Shown in pieces: positions 55,643 through 64,000 of a stretch of DNA of 64,000 nt (position 1 is its first letter; every line of letters begins with the position of its first letter). Origin of the DNA: Polyangiaceae bacterium (GTDB lineage Bacteria > Myxococcota_A > Polyangia > Polyangiales > Polyangiaceae); assembly GCA_044376115.1 (NCBI GenBank), contig JBILLK010000020.1:128001-192000 (forward strand), read 5' to 3'. The notes beneath the pieces are model-generated. The model was not told the DNA's origin and did not search any database. It saw only the letters and a list, made by a program, of their open reading frames with translations. Position numbers and translations under genes: made by a program.

Positions 55643-58464
55643 CGGCTTTGCGGCCTTGTTTTGGCTTGGTGATGATTGCTGATCGCCGCACAAATTCGAT
55701 TGGCCTCGAGAGCGTTGTCGAACGCAAGCTGGCCACCCTGGATCTTGTCCAGCATCGGGCCAAAGGCAGCTCGCAACTCAGCCTCGAGGCCAACGTCACA
55801 AAGCTGTGCGCCAACGCCCGCGAGGCGATCCCGCGCCCCCTCTGGCAGCTTTGCGCTCACTTCGGCGAGACGCGGCCGGAGCGCAGCCCATGATGAGCGC
55901 GCATTTCGGCGCGATTCGAAGCCCGAGAACGCAAGGCGACCGAGCTCGTTGGCGCGCAGCGAGTCGGAGAGCAGGAGGCGGATTCGTTTGTCCGCTGCCT
56001 CTTTCCCCGGTGCTCGGCCGAGTGCCAAAAGGAGCACTCGCCGAACGATCGGATCATCGGTCAATTTGAGTTGCGCTACGGCATCATCAAACAAGCCACC
56101 ATCCTCGACGCCGACGGCAATCACCGTCTCCAAGAGCTCCGGGTCGAAGCCCTTTACGCTCAACTTCTCCTCGCTGCGCAACATCGTTGTGGCCTTAGCC
56201 GTAGCGGCTTTGCGCAACGCAGGGTCGCGGGCGAGCTGCGTCATCACATAGAGCGCTTGAGCCCGCGTGAGCGAATCCTTCTCCGGGTTGGCAGCACTGG
56301 CTTTATCGCCTGGCTTCTGCTCCCACCCCAACTTGCTCCAGATAGGCCTGTAGGCGGCCGCGACCTTTTGCTCGAAGGTCGCCCGCTGAGCACCATCGAG
56401 CAACGCTGCGGCAAACGAGAGGACGTCTACTCCGCCGAAGCGAACCGCATCAACGGGGTCATCAGCGAGCGCGAGCAGCGCCGCCACGGAGTCCTCGAGG
56501 CTCAAGCTCCCCGCTCGAAATCCCGAGCGGACGGCGTCAATCAGCGCTAGCCGTTCACGCGGAACGAGCTGCCGCTCGGCAACGCCCAACAAGCTATCCA
56601 AATCAGCCTTCGTCGGAGCCATTCGAACGTAGAACTCGCCACCATCGTTGGGCAGCATGAAGGAAGGACACTTCATTGGCGTCTTGGGAGTGAGCGTCGC
56701 AGGCTCGCCCTTGGTCGCAACCAACTCGCACAACCTGCCTTCGGAGGTCTTGACGCACAGCGGGAAGGTCCACGCGCCCTTCGAACTGCCGGCTGAACCG
56801 AGCGGAAGGAACCTGGAGGCCTGCACCGTCACCGCGTCAAGCTTGTCCCCAGTGCACTGCTTCGCCAACTGCACGGTCGGGACGCCGGGCCGGTCGAGGA
56901 ATTGCTTGAACGAATCCACCACAGCGGCGGGCTGCGAGAACAGCGCAGCTTCCAAGAACTGCTCGGTGGTCGCGTTGCTGAACCGATAGCTCTTCATGTA
57001 CCGGCGTATCCCCTCCCGGAACGCGTCCTCTCCGGTAAAGCGCTCGAACATGGCAATCAACGCTCCACCCTTGCTGTAGGTGAGCGCGTCGAAGGCGCTG
57101 CCGATATCACCCTCGGTCTGGATCGGCTGCCGAATGACCCGGGCGCTTATCAGCGAATCGGCGTCCATCGCGCTCTGCGTAGAACCCTGAAATTCGAGAT
57201 CCGTTTCCCAGCCAGGGTTGAGCTTTCGCACGATCTTCTCACCCAACCAGGTGGCGAAAGCTTCATTGAGCCAAAGGTCGTCCCACCACTTCATCGTCAC
57301 TAGATTGCCAAACCATTGATGTGCAAACTCGTGCGCGGCCACATCGAAGATCGCGCGCCGTTGAGCCTCGGTGGCGGTGGCAGCGTCAAGCAACAGCAGT
57401 TGTTCACGGAACGTGACCGCGCCGGCGTTCTCCATCGCACCTGCGCCGAAATCAGGAACGGCCAAGACGTCCAACTTATCAAACGGATAGGGGATACCGA
57501 AGTAGCGCTCGAGCTCCTCTACAATCGGACCGCTTACCTTCAGCGCGTATTCGAGGTTCGCGCCCTTGCCCCGCACTGCCACCCCCCGCAGCGGGATGGG
57601 TGATTTACGAAGGCTGTTCGCTGGGATGACGGCCTCGCGCAGGTCGAACGGGCCGACAGCCAATGCGATCAAATAGGTAGGCAGAGGCTCGGTCTCTGCA
57701 AACCGCAGGGTGTGCTGCGCGGCGCCGGACGGGGCATCGGAGAGTTGCCGCGTATTGGCAATTACGATGTGGTCTTTTGGTGCCGTGACGCTGACGGTGA
57801 AACGAGCTTTGAACCCCGGCTCATCGAAGCAGGGGAACGCACGCCGCGCGTCGAGCGCCTCGAACTGCGTGTACACGTAGTCAAGGCCTCCAGCCTTTAC
57901 GCGGTACAGGCCCGCGAGGTCAGGCGTAAACTGCCCCTTGTAGCGAATAGCGATGGTGTGTTCGCCGGCGTCCAACGGGCTCTCGAACTCAATACGCAGT
58001 AGGCTCCCCGCCTCGGCGGTTAGCGCAACCGCGTTGCCAGCCGCTGAGACCAACTGGCCCTGGAGTTCAGTCAGCTCGCGCGCGTGAACGTAGAACGCCT
58101 TCGTTCGCTCCTTCAAGACCACCGTTAGCGTTGTCTGACCGCTGAACTCCTTTTGGCTTGGGTCGATGGTGAAATCCAACGCATAGGCTTTGGGAGCGAC
58201 GAGCTCACTCAAGCGACCACCTTGCGGGGAAGCAACCACGCCAGCTGCTGAGGCGAGAATGGGCGTGGCCACTTGCTCCTGGAGCTCCTTCGTACAGTCG
58301 GTCAAAAGCAAACCGACCGCCAGCGCTGGCCACAACCAGCGCCTGGAGATCCTGCCTTCGGCGACGCGAGGCTCGCCCTCCTCAACCTGTTGAAGCGAGG
58401 GGCCATTGAACAGGCCAACCGGGCGGGACTCGATTATCATCCGTTCCACCATGCCCAACTTCAT
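55639..58464 (-). CDS. M1 family aminopeptidase (ERAP1-like C-domain); start uncertain
   Basis: TQFE..DARRAFPCFDEP, GAMEN, HEFAHQW...LNE, YSKG. Confidence 0.93.
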   Translation of the reverse strand: MKLGMVERMIIESRPVGLFNGPSLQQVEEGEPRVAEGRISRRWLWPALAVGLLLTDCTKELQEQVATPILASAAGVVASPQGGRLSELVAPKAYALDFTIDPSQKEFSGQTTLTVVLKERTKAFYVHARELTELQGQLVSAAGNAVALTAEAGSLLRIEFESPLDAGEHTIAIRYKGQFTPDLAGLYRVKAGGLDYVYTQFEALDARRAFPCFDEPGFKARFTVSVTAPKDHIVIANTRQLSDAPSGAAQHTLRFAETEPLPTYLIALAVGPFDLREAVIPANSLRKSPIPLRGVAVRGKGANLEYALKVSGPIVEELERYFGIPYPFDKLDVLAVPDFGAGAMENAGAVTFREQLLLLDAATATEAQRRAIFDVAAHEFAHQWFGNLVTMKWWDDLWLNEAFATWLGEKIVRKLNPGWETDLEFQGSTQSAMDADSLISARVIRQPIQTEGDIGSAFDALTYSKGGALIAMFERFTGEDAFREGIRRYMKSYRFSNATTEQFLEAALFSQPAAVVDSFKQFLDRPGVPTVQLAKQCTGDKLDAVTVQASRFLPLGSAGSSKGAWTFPLCVKTSEGRLCELVATKGEPATLTPKTPMKCPSFMLPNDGGEFYVRMAPTKADLDSLLGVAERQLVPRERLALIDAVRSGFRAGSLSLEDSVAALLALADDPVDAVRFGGVDVLSFAAALLDGAQRATFEQKVAAAYRPIWSKLGWEQKPGDKASAANPEKDSLTRAQALYVMTQLARDPALRKAATAKATTMLRSEEKLSVKGFDPELLETVIAVGVEDGGLFDDAVAQLKLTDDPIVRRVLLLALGRAPGKEAADKRIRLLLSDSLRANELGRLAFSGFESRRNARSSWAALRPRLAEVSAKLPEGARDRLAGVGAQLCDVGLEAELRAAFGPMLDKIQGGQLAFDNALEANRICAAISNHHQAKTRPQSR

Positions 58465-58497
58465 GCAGCGCCGAAAGAAGGGATATTCTTGGGGTCC

Positions 58498-59019
58498 GTG
58501 CGCCGCCTAGCGCTGATTGTTTGCTTCTCGTCGGGTTGCGGCTCGGTCCAGAACCAGCTCGAAGTGGCTGACGCATCGGTTGCCCGTGTGCGCGTGCAGG
58601 TCGTCTCCGAACGGCCAGCCACGCTTGTGGCAGACGGCTCCGGCCAGCAGTGTGTCTCGCCCTGCAAGGTGGAGCTGGCGGTTGACCAAGGCCCCTACTT
58701 CTTTCAATTGAAGGGCCTGCCAGATTCGCCGCGCTTCGAGGTGCCAGGGTCATCCGCGCCCCTTCAGCTCACGGTGCTCCCTGCCGCGCCAGTGCTGCCA
58801 GGGTTGGCAGCCGTCGTTGGCACCGTGGGCGCTGCTGGCACCGCCGTTGGGTTAACGGTGTTGCTGGGTGACCTGGCCGGTTTGACGAGTTTAGAGGGTC
58901 AGGCCTTACCGGGCGCGATCACCGCCGGCGCAAGCTCGTTTGTCCTCTCGGCTGGGCTGGTGATGTGGGCGCTCACCGGCACTCACGTTCGCATCGAGAG
59001 GGCCGGTGTAGCGTTCTGA
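58498..59019 (+). CDS. Hypothetical membrane protein/lipoprotein
   Basis: SSGC lipobox-like site, CVSPC, two C-terminal TM helices. Confidence 0.55.
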   Translation: MRRLALIVCFSSGCGSVQNQLEVADASVARVRVQVVSERPATLVADGSGQQCVSPCKVELAVDQGPYFFQLKGLPDSPRFEVPGSSAPLQLTVLPAAPVLPGLAAVVGTVGAAGTAVGLTVLLGDLAGLTSLEGQALPGAITAGASSFVLSAGLVMWALTGTHVRIERAGVAF

Positions 59020-59035
59020 CGATGATGGCTTTGCG

Positions 59036-60586
59036 CTATGCGGTAATGCGCCAAGCCGTGACACCGAGGCTATCGAGCAGTTCAATACCGTAGGAGAGCA
59101 GCTCATCGCGGAGGGCGTCACTGCGAGTGAAGTCCTTCGCTTTGCGTGCCTCCGCGCGCTGCTCAATCTTCTCGTTGATCTGCGCTTCGGTCAGGCCGCG
59201 CAGCGCAAGCCGCTGCTTCTGCGTTCGAGCCTTGTACTCCGACGGTAGGGCTCGCAACATTCCCAAGCGCTCCGCAAGATCGAACAACACCTTCGATAGG
59301 CGACTAGCGATGTAAGGCGCCTGCCTCGAAATCACGACGTCCTTGGCCTTCTTCTCCGCGAGGTCGCAGAGCTCGTTGCCCGCCTTCGCGACCTCACCAA
59401 GGATGGCTAGCGCAACTGGGGTATTGAGGTCGTCGTCGAGGGCGGCTTTCAGTCGCGCCATCGCTTCACTTGCCAAAGTTGCAAAGGCAGTGAGGCTGGG
59501 AGGAAGCGTCGTCAAGGTGCCGGGCTGCCCGCTCTCGGCGAGTACCTTGAGGCGCTCGACCGTCTTGTAGAGATAGTCCACGCGACGCTCGGCTTCGAGC
59601 ACCCCGGGGAAGAGCACACGCCCGTCCTCGAGCTTCTCGGTGTCGAACGCGATCGGGCCGCGATAGTGAACGCCCAATAGGAAATAGCGAAGCGCCTCCG
59701 GATCGTTGCGTTCGTAGACCTGGCGAATGGTGACGAAATTGCCGAGCGACTTCGCCATTTTCTCCTTGTCGACGTTGACGAAGCCGTTGTGGATCCAAAG
59801 CCGTGCGAAAGCCCCCTGACCGGGATGAGCCGCCTCGCTCTGGGCGATCTCGTTTTCGTGGTGCGGGAAGATGAGGTCCATCCCGCCTGCGTGCACGTCG
59901 AAGCCGTGACCCAGGTGCCGGTCGCTCATCGCGGAGCACTCGATATGCCAGCCGGGCCGACCGCGGCCCCACGGGCTATCCCAGCCCCAGGCGTCTGCGC
60001 TGCAGCCCTTCCAGAGCGCAAAGTCCATCGGGTCGTGCTTGGTCTCGTTCGCCTCGATACGCGCGCCAACCACGAGCTCTTCGATGTTGCGCTTGGAGAG
60101 CTTGCCGTAGCCAGTGAATGAGCGAACGGCGTAGTAGACGTCGCGGGTGCCGCTCGGCATCTCAACGGCGTACGCGGCGCCTCGCTTGATCAGCTCTTCA
60201 ACCAGCGCAATGATCTCGGGGATGTGATCGCTCACCTTGGGCTCGACGTCGGGCACGACGCAACCAAGGGCGCTGATGTCTTCTTGGTAAAGAAGCGCCA
60301 TCCGCTGCGAGAGGCTTAGCGGCTCCTCGCCTCGCTCCTTGGAGCGATTGAGGATCTTGTCGTCGACGTCGGTGATGTTACGAACGTACTTCACCGCGAT
60401 GCCGTCAGCGCGCAGATGCCGAACAAGAATGTCCGGCGCCAGAGCCGCACGCGCGTGCCCGACGTGAGCGACGTCATAGACGGTGGGACCGCAGCAGTAG
60501 ACGGATACTTCGCCTGGAGTGCGAGGGATCAGCGGTTGGACTGACGCCGACAACGAATCGAAAAGGCGAAGCGATAGCTGAGACAT
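59036..60586 (-). CDS. cysS: Cysteine--tRNA ligase
   Basis: CGPTVYDVAHVGH, DFALWK, GRPGWHIECS, FPHHENE, KMAKS. Confidence 0.97.
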   Translation of the reverse strand: MSQLSLRLFDSLSASVQPLIPRTPGEVSVYCCGPTVYDVAHVGHARAALAPDILVRHLRADGIAVKYVRNITDVDDKILNRSKERGEEPLSLSQRMALLYQEDISALGCVVPDVEPKVSDHIPEIIALVEELIKRGAAYAVEMPSGTRDVYYAVRSFTGYGKLSKRNIEELVVGARIEANETKHDPMDFALWKGCSADAWGWDSPWGRGRPGWHIECSAMSDRHLGHGFDVHAGGMDLIFPHHENEIAQSEAAHPGQGAFARLWIHNGFVNVDKEKMAKSLGNFVTIRQVYERNDPEALRYFLLGVHYRGPIAFDTEKLEDGRVLFPGVLEAERRVDYLYKTVERLKVLAESGQPGTLTTLPPSLTAFATLASEAMARLKAALDDDLNTPVALAILGEVAKAGNELCDLAEKKAKDVVISRQAPYIASRLSKVLFDLAERLGMLRALPSEYKARTQKQRLALRGLTEAQINEKIEQRAEARKAKDFTRSDALRDELLSYGIELLDSLGVTAWRITA

Positions 60587-60636
60587 GTTCCTCCGGTAAC
60601 GCGATCAGACGCGGGCGTCACCATGGTCTGACGCCC

Positions 60637-61059
60637 CTATTTCGAGCGCGACGAGGGGCTCGTTCGAGCAGCGCTGGCCGAGGCTCGCGCGTCGGACTCC
60701 GCGGTCGTAAGGTAGTCGGGACAAAGCACGGGGAGCCGGCGAGCCGGGACGGGACTCACCCGCATGCAGGTCCGACCCAGCAGTCGAATCGACTCTCCCA
60801 GCTCGAGATCCTTCGGACAGGCGAATCGCTCGGGGAGCTTCTCGGTCACGGAGCCGGAGCGCTCGATGAAGACTTCACAGCGCTCACTGGTTCTCTCCAT
60901 GAAAAAGTGGGGCGTCTTCGGGTCGACGACAGGTTGGTCGACGCTGTACTCAACATCAAACGGGCCTTGGCGCGGACGGTTGTCACCGTCCCCGCAGGCA
61001 GCCGCGACGAAGAGCAGAGCAACGTTGCTGAGCGCCAAACCATGAGATTGCGCCGCCAC
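60637..61059 (-). CDS. Hypothetical lipoprotein
   Basis: LLFVAAAC lipobox; four further Cys; fills operon gap. Confidence 0.55.
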   Translation of the reverse strand: MAAQSHGLALSNVALLFVAAACGDGDNRPRQGPFDVEYSVDQPVVDPKTPHFFMERTSERCEVFIERSGSVTEKLPERFACPKDLELGESIRLLGRTCMRVSPVPARRLPVLCPDYLTTAESDARASASAARTSPSSRSK

Positions 61060-61061
61060 GC

Positions 61062-61892
61062 TCAGAAGCTTGCTGGCCAGATGAGGAAGGAGACCTTGGT
61101 GAGGAAGAAGTCGGCGACCAAAACGGCGATCGACGTTGTAACCACGGCCGAGGTGGTGGAGGTGCCGACTCCCTCGGTGCCGCCGCGCGTGATCAGGCCA
61201 AAATGACACCCGACGATCGCGATGATTGCGCCATAGAACGGCGTCTTGAACATGCCGCTGTAGATGTCGCGCAGCTGCACCGAGGAAAGTGCCGTCCGAA
61301 GAAAGAACTGGGCAGGAATACCGAACTCGAGATCGGTGATCATCATGGCGCCCGAGAAGCCGAGCACCAGCGCGAAGGAGCACAAGAGCGGCATCACGAT
61401 CGTGCAGGCGAGCACGCGCGGTAACACCAGCTTCTTGAGCGGATCTGCACCCAAGCTTCGAATGGCGTCGATCTGTTCGGTCACGTTCATCGAGCCGAGC
61501 TCGGCAGCGATGCCGGCGGCGATGCGCCCCCCGACGATAACCGCGGTAAGTGTCGGCGCGAGCTCCCGCGAGAAACTGATCGCCACGATGCGACCGGTGT
61601 ACTCCATTCCGCCAAAGCGCTGCAGGCCGAAGGCAAACTGCACGGCCATCACCATGCCGACGAACACTGCTGTGATCGCGGCAATCGAAAGCGATTTAAC
61701 GCCCAGCGACTCGAACTGATAGAGCGTCGCCCCAAACTCGAAGGGACGCCGGAACATGGAGAGCCCTGCGCCCACGGTCATCCGGGAAGCATGGCCAAAG
61801 TGCGCGATGAACTGGGTGATCGCCCAGGGTTCACCCTTGGGCTTTGGCACGGCCACGACCGGCTTATTGGCTTTGGCAAGCTCGGTGGTCAC
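61062..61892 (-). CDS. mlaE: MlaE-family ABC transporter permease
   Basis: RELAPTLTA, AELGSMNVTEQIDA, GGTEGVG..TT.AVV; GTG overlaps upstream stop. Confidence 0.92.
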   Translation of the reverse strand: MTTELAKANKPVVAVPKPKGEPWAITQFIAHFGHASRMTVGAGLSMFRRPFEFGATLYQFESLGVKSLSIAAITAVFVGMVMAVQFAFGLQRFGGMEYTGRIVAISFSRELAPTLTAVIVGGRIAAGIAAELGSMNVTEQIDAIRSLGADPLKKLVLPRVLACTIVMPLLCSFALVLGFSGAMMITDLEFGIPAQFFLRTALSSVQLRDIYSGMFKTPFYGAIIAIVGCHFGLITRGGTEGVGTSTTSAVVTTSIAVLVADFFLTKVSFLIWPASF

Positions 61893-62389
61893 GGGGACAC
61901 CGAACGCGGAAGTGCTGAGAATTGCCGGGCCCATGCGTCGAAGCGTGGAGCGCCTAAGCTGTATTGCTCGGGCGGAGCAACGTAGAGAAGGTCGTAAACG
62001 CAGCGATCCTTCTTCAGGACCCAAACCAAGAAGCTGCGCGAGACGCCGTCGAGCTTTGCGGTGACTTCCGACCGCAGCGCCTCACGCCCGTCGAAGGGGA
62101 AGACCTCCTCTGAAACCGCTTCACGTTGGGTGAAGCGTAAGAAGAGGTGTTGTGTGAGCGATCGCAATGAAGCGTCATCGCCATCTCGATCGCAGCGAGC
62201 GTTGACCAGAACCTGACCGTCGAAGTCCCGCTCTTCATAGGCCAACGCTGCACTGGTCACCGAAATAGGCTGCCACTCGGCTGGAGGTTGCGCCACCGAG
62301 AAGGAGAACCCGTCACCGTGATAGATGCGCCCATCAAAGGACGCGCTGCACGAGACGAGCGCGAGCAGCAGCAGCGCCGCCGCGCGCAC
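61889..62389 (-). CDS. Hypothetical lipoprotein (PsbP-like fold possible)
   Basis: LALVSC lipobox; FSVAQPPAEW; FDGREALR; KDRCVYDL; start uncertain (62389-62437). Confidence 0.6.
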   Translation of the reverse strand: MRAAALLLLALVSCSASFDGRIYHGDGFSFSVAQPPAEWQPISVTSAALAYEERDFDGQVLVNARCDRDGDDASLRSLTQHLFLRFTQREAVSEEVFPFDGREALRSEVTAKLDGVSRSFLVWVLKKDRCVYDLLYVAPPEQYSLGAPRFDAWARQFSALPRSVSP

Positions 62390-62405
62390 GCCCCAAGTTG
62401 CAGAG

Positions 62406-64000
62406 CTAGCCCAGCGAGCGAGCGCGTGCGTCAGCATAGGGGTCGGCCACCGAGAAGATCATGAGGTCACGTGCCTCGGCGTTGCGGCCGATCCAAGTCA
62501 AGCGGTCCTTTCCGCTGCTTGGCGGACCGTTGGCGTTTCCACCAGCCCAAGCAATCGCAGTCAGTGCGACGCTGGGATTCCCCGTTGCGAGCAATCCCGC
62601 ACGGGACCCCCAACCGTTGATCGCTGAATTCAGCGTCGAAGCGCGGTTACCGATCGTCCCAATCACGTCGGCAGCCAGTGTGGCAGTGTCAGCAGCCAAG
62701 CCCTCAGGGATGGCGCGCTGCAGACGATTGAGCGCTTCGGTGAATCGCGCCGCGTCGACGCCTTGCGGCGCAAAATCACGGCTGAAAGCGCGCAGGTACG
62801 CAGCAAGCAGCGGCCATAGATCAATCGGAGCAGTTCGCGCAAAGACCGCAGCGTTCGCCTGGAGCACCTTGGTTGCGCGGTGAATCAGGAAGGTGCGTTC
62901 TGCCGACTCAGCCTGCTCCACCAACGTGTGGCCCATCACCAACGTGGGTGGATAGGCTCGTGCTGGTACGCAGACGGGGCCGAGCACCGACGACGAGAAC
63001 ACCTGGATCTTCGCCAGCCCGTAGGCCTCGGCGACCTCTCGAACTTCCGCGGCCAAGCTCGACTGGTTTGCGGGCAGAGCGCTCGCTCGAATGGCGTCCA
63101 GATCGTACGGGAAGGCCGTGTCCAACATCGGCCCAGTTCGAAGCAGGAGCTCACGAAATGCCGGCGTCATCACCTCAGGCGCGAGCAAATCGTCGATCGC
63201 TGCGTTGGCGGCGTGCAAGCCGACACCCGCGAGTTCGGACGGCCTGCCCTCGATGGCGTGGACCGTGGCGTTCGCTACCTCAGCAGCCGCGGTTCGCCCG
63301 CGAAGTTCAGCGGCAGATCCCAACGTCTCAAAGAGGAAGGTCTCGAACCGCCCGGTGGCCAAAGCTCTTCTCGCATCGGCGACCGCGCGATCGAGTAGGA
63401 CCGAGGCGGCCGGCGCCTGGCCTGTGCGTTGATAGAACTGCACCAAAGCACGCAGCGCTAGATCGCTCTTTGGGAAGCTCTTGCGGGCGACGACGAGCGT
63501 GTTTTCGGCCTTCTTGACCTCGCCCATCTCCTCCATGATCTCGGCCAATTCTACGGTCCGAGCGCATTTGTCGTCGGGGCTCTCCGCGCCATTGACGAGA
63601 ACGTTCTGTTCTTCGACGGCGCGAGCCTGGTTACCCGTTCGTCGATAGAGGGAGATCAACCGAGCGCGACCATTTTCATCCGCGGGGCGTCGCTTGAGGA
63701 TTTCTTGGTAGGCCGCCTCGGCTCGATCGGGGTTCGCGAGAGGTTCATCGTAGAGTGCGCCAAGTCGGAAGTAGATGTCGATCTGGCGATCCGGATCTGC
63801 GGTGAGTCGGGCCAATCGAATCAGGGATTGCTCCGCGCCCTCGTAGTCCCCTTCTTCCGAGCAAAGCTCGGCGAACGACGAGAGAGCTTCCACGTGATCG
63901 GGGTTCGCATCGAGCGCCGCGGCAAGAGCTCGCTTTGCTGCTTGCGAGTCTCCGACCTCAGCCAGCGCGCGACCACGCATGACTTCCATCTCTACGCGTT
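62406..64000 (-). CDS. TPR-repeat protein, C-terminal part (5'-truncated by window edge)
   Basis: TPR units (ALDANPDHVEAL; AYQEILKRRPADE); frame open to window end. Confidence 0.85.
   Translation of the reverse strand, partial: RVEMEVMRGRALAEVGDSQAAKRALAAALDANPDHVEALSSFAELCSEEGDYEGAEQSLIRLARLTADPDRQIDIYFRLGALYDEPLANPDRAEAAYQEILKRRPADENGRARLISLYRRTGNQARAVEEQNVLVNGAESPDDKCARTVELAEIMEEMGEVKKAENTLVVARKSFPKSDLALRALVQFYQRTGQAPAASVLLDRAVADARRALATGRFETFLFETLGSAAELRGRTAAAEVANATVHAIEGRPSELAGVGLHAANAAIDDLLAPEVMTPAFRELLLRTGPMLDTAFPYDLDAIRASALPANQSSLAAEVREVAEAYGLAKIQVFSSSVLGPVCVPARAYPPTLVMGHTLVEQAESAERTFLIHRATKVLQANAAVFARTAPIDLWPLLAAYLRAFSRDFAPQGVDAARFTEALNRLQRAIPEGLAADTATLAADVIGTIGNRASTLNSAINGWGSRAGLLATGNPSVALTAIAWAGGNANGPPSSGKDRLTWIGRNAEARDLMIFSVADPYADARARSLG

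Noticed and set aside
1..64000. tRNA, rRNA, prophage or defence-system genes
   Set aside because: None recognised by eye; intergenic gaps are short. A covariance-model scan would be needed to exclude small RNAs

Overview
High-GC chromosomal segment whose gene content (four Hanks-type Ser/Thr kinases, Cys-rich lipoproteins, TPR/HEAT proteins, PilT paralogues) points to a myxobacterium, probably Polyangiales (inference). About 52 densely packed CDSs; I saw no rRNA, tRNA, CRISPR array, integrase or transposase. Housekeeping genes (cysS, manC, cutA, ftcD, family-5 UDG, mlaE, M1 and M14 peptidases, MATE, MFS) are mixed with signalling loci. Two loci stand out. (1) 12.4-18.4 kb: a long HEAT-repeat solenoid fused to a PilT ATPase, coupled to a second PilT and followed by a TPR-like Ser/Thr kinase, with no pilus genes nearby. 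(2) 35.7-40.4 kb: a five-gene chemosensory-like operon with CheX, CheY, a soluble MCP-tip protein carrying a CheZ-like DxxxQ motif, a CxC thioredoxin-like membrane protein, and a His-rich membrane sensor-PAS-Hpt-HATPase kinase; it has no CheW domain or gene and no CheR/CheB. Also notable: a UshA-like/multiheme cytochrome fusion, a recurring -10-like hexamer 6-7 nt upstream of many start codons (leaderless-mRNA signature), and a clean sigma54 promoter. All calls come from motif recognition by eye; no database searches were run.
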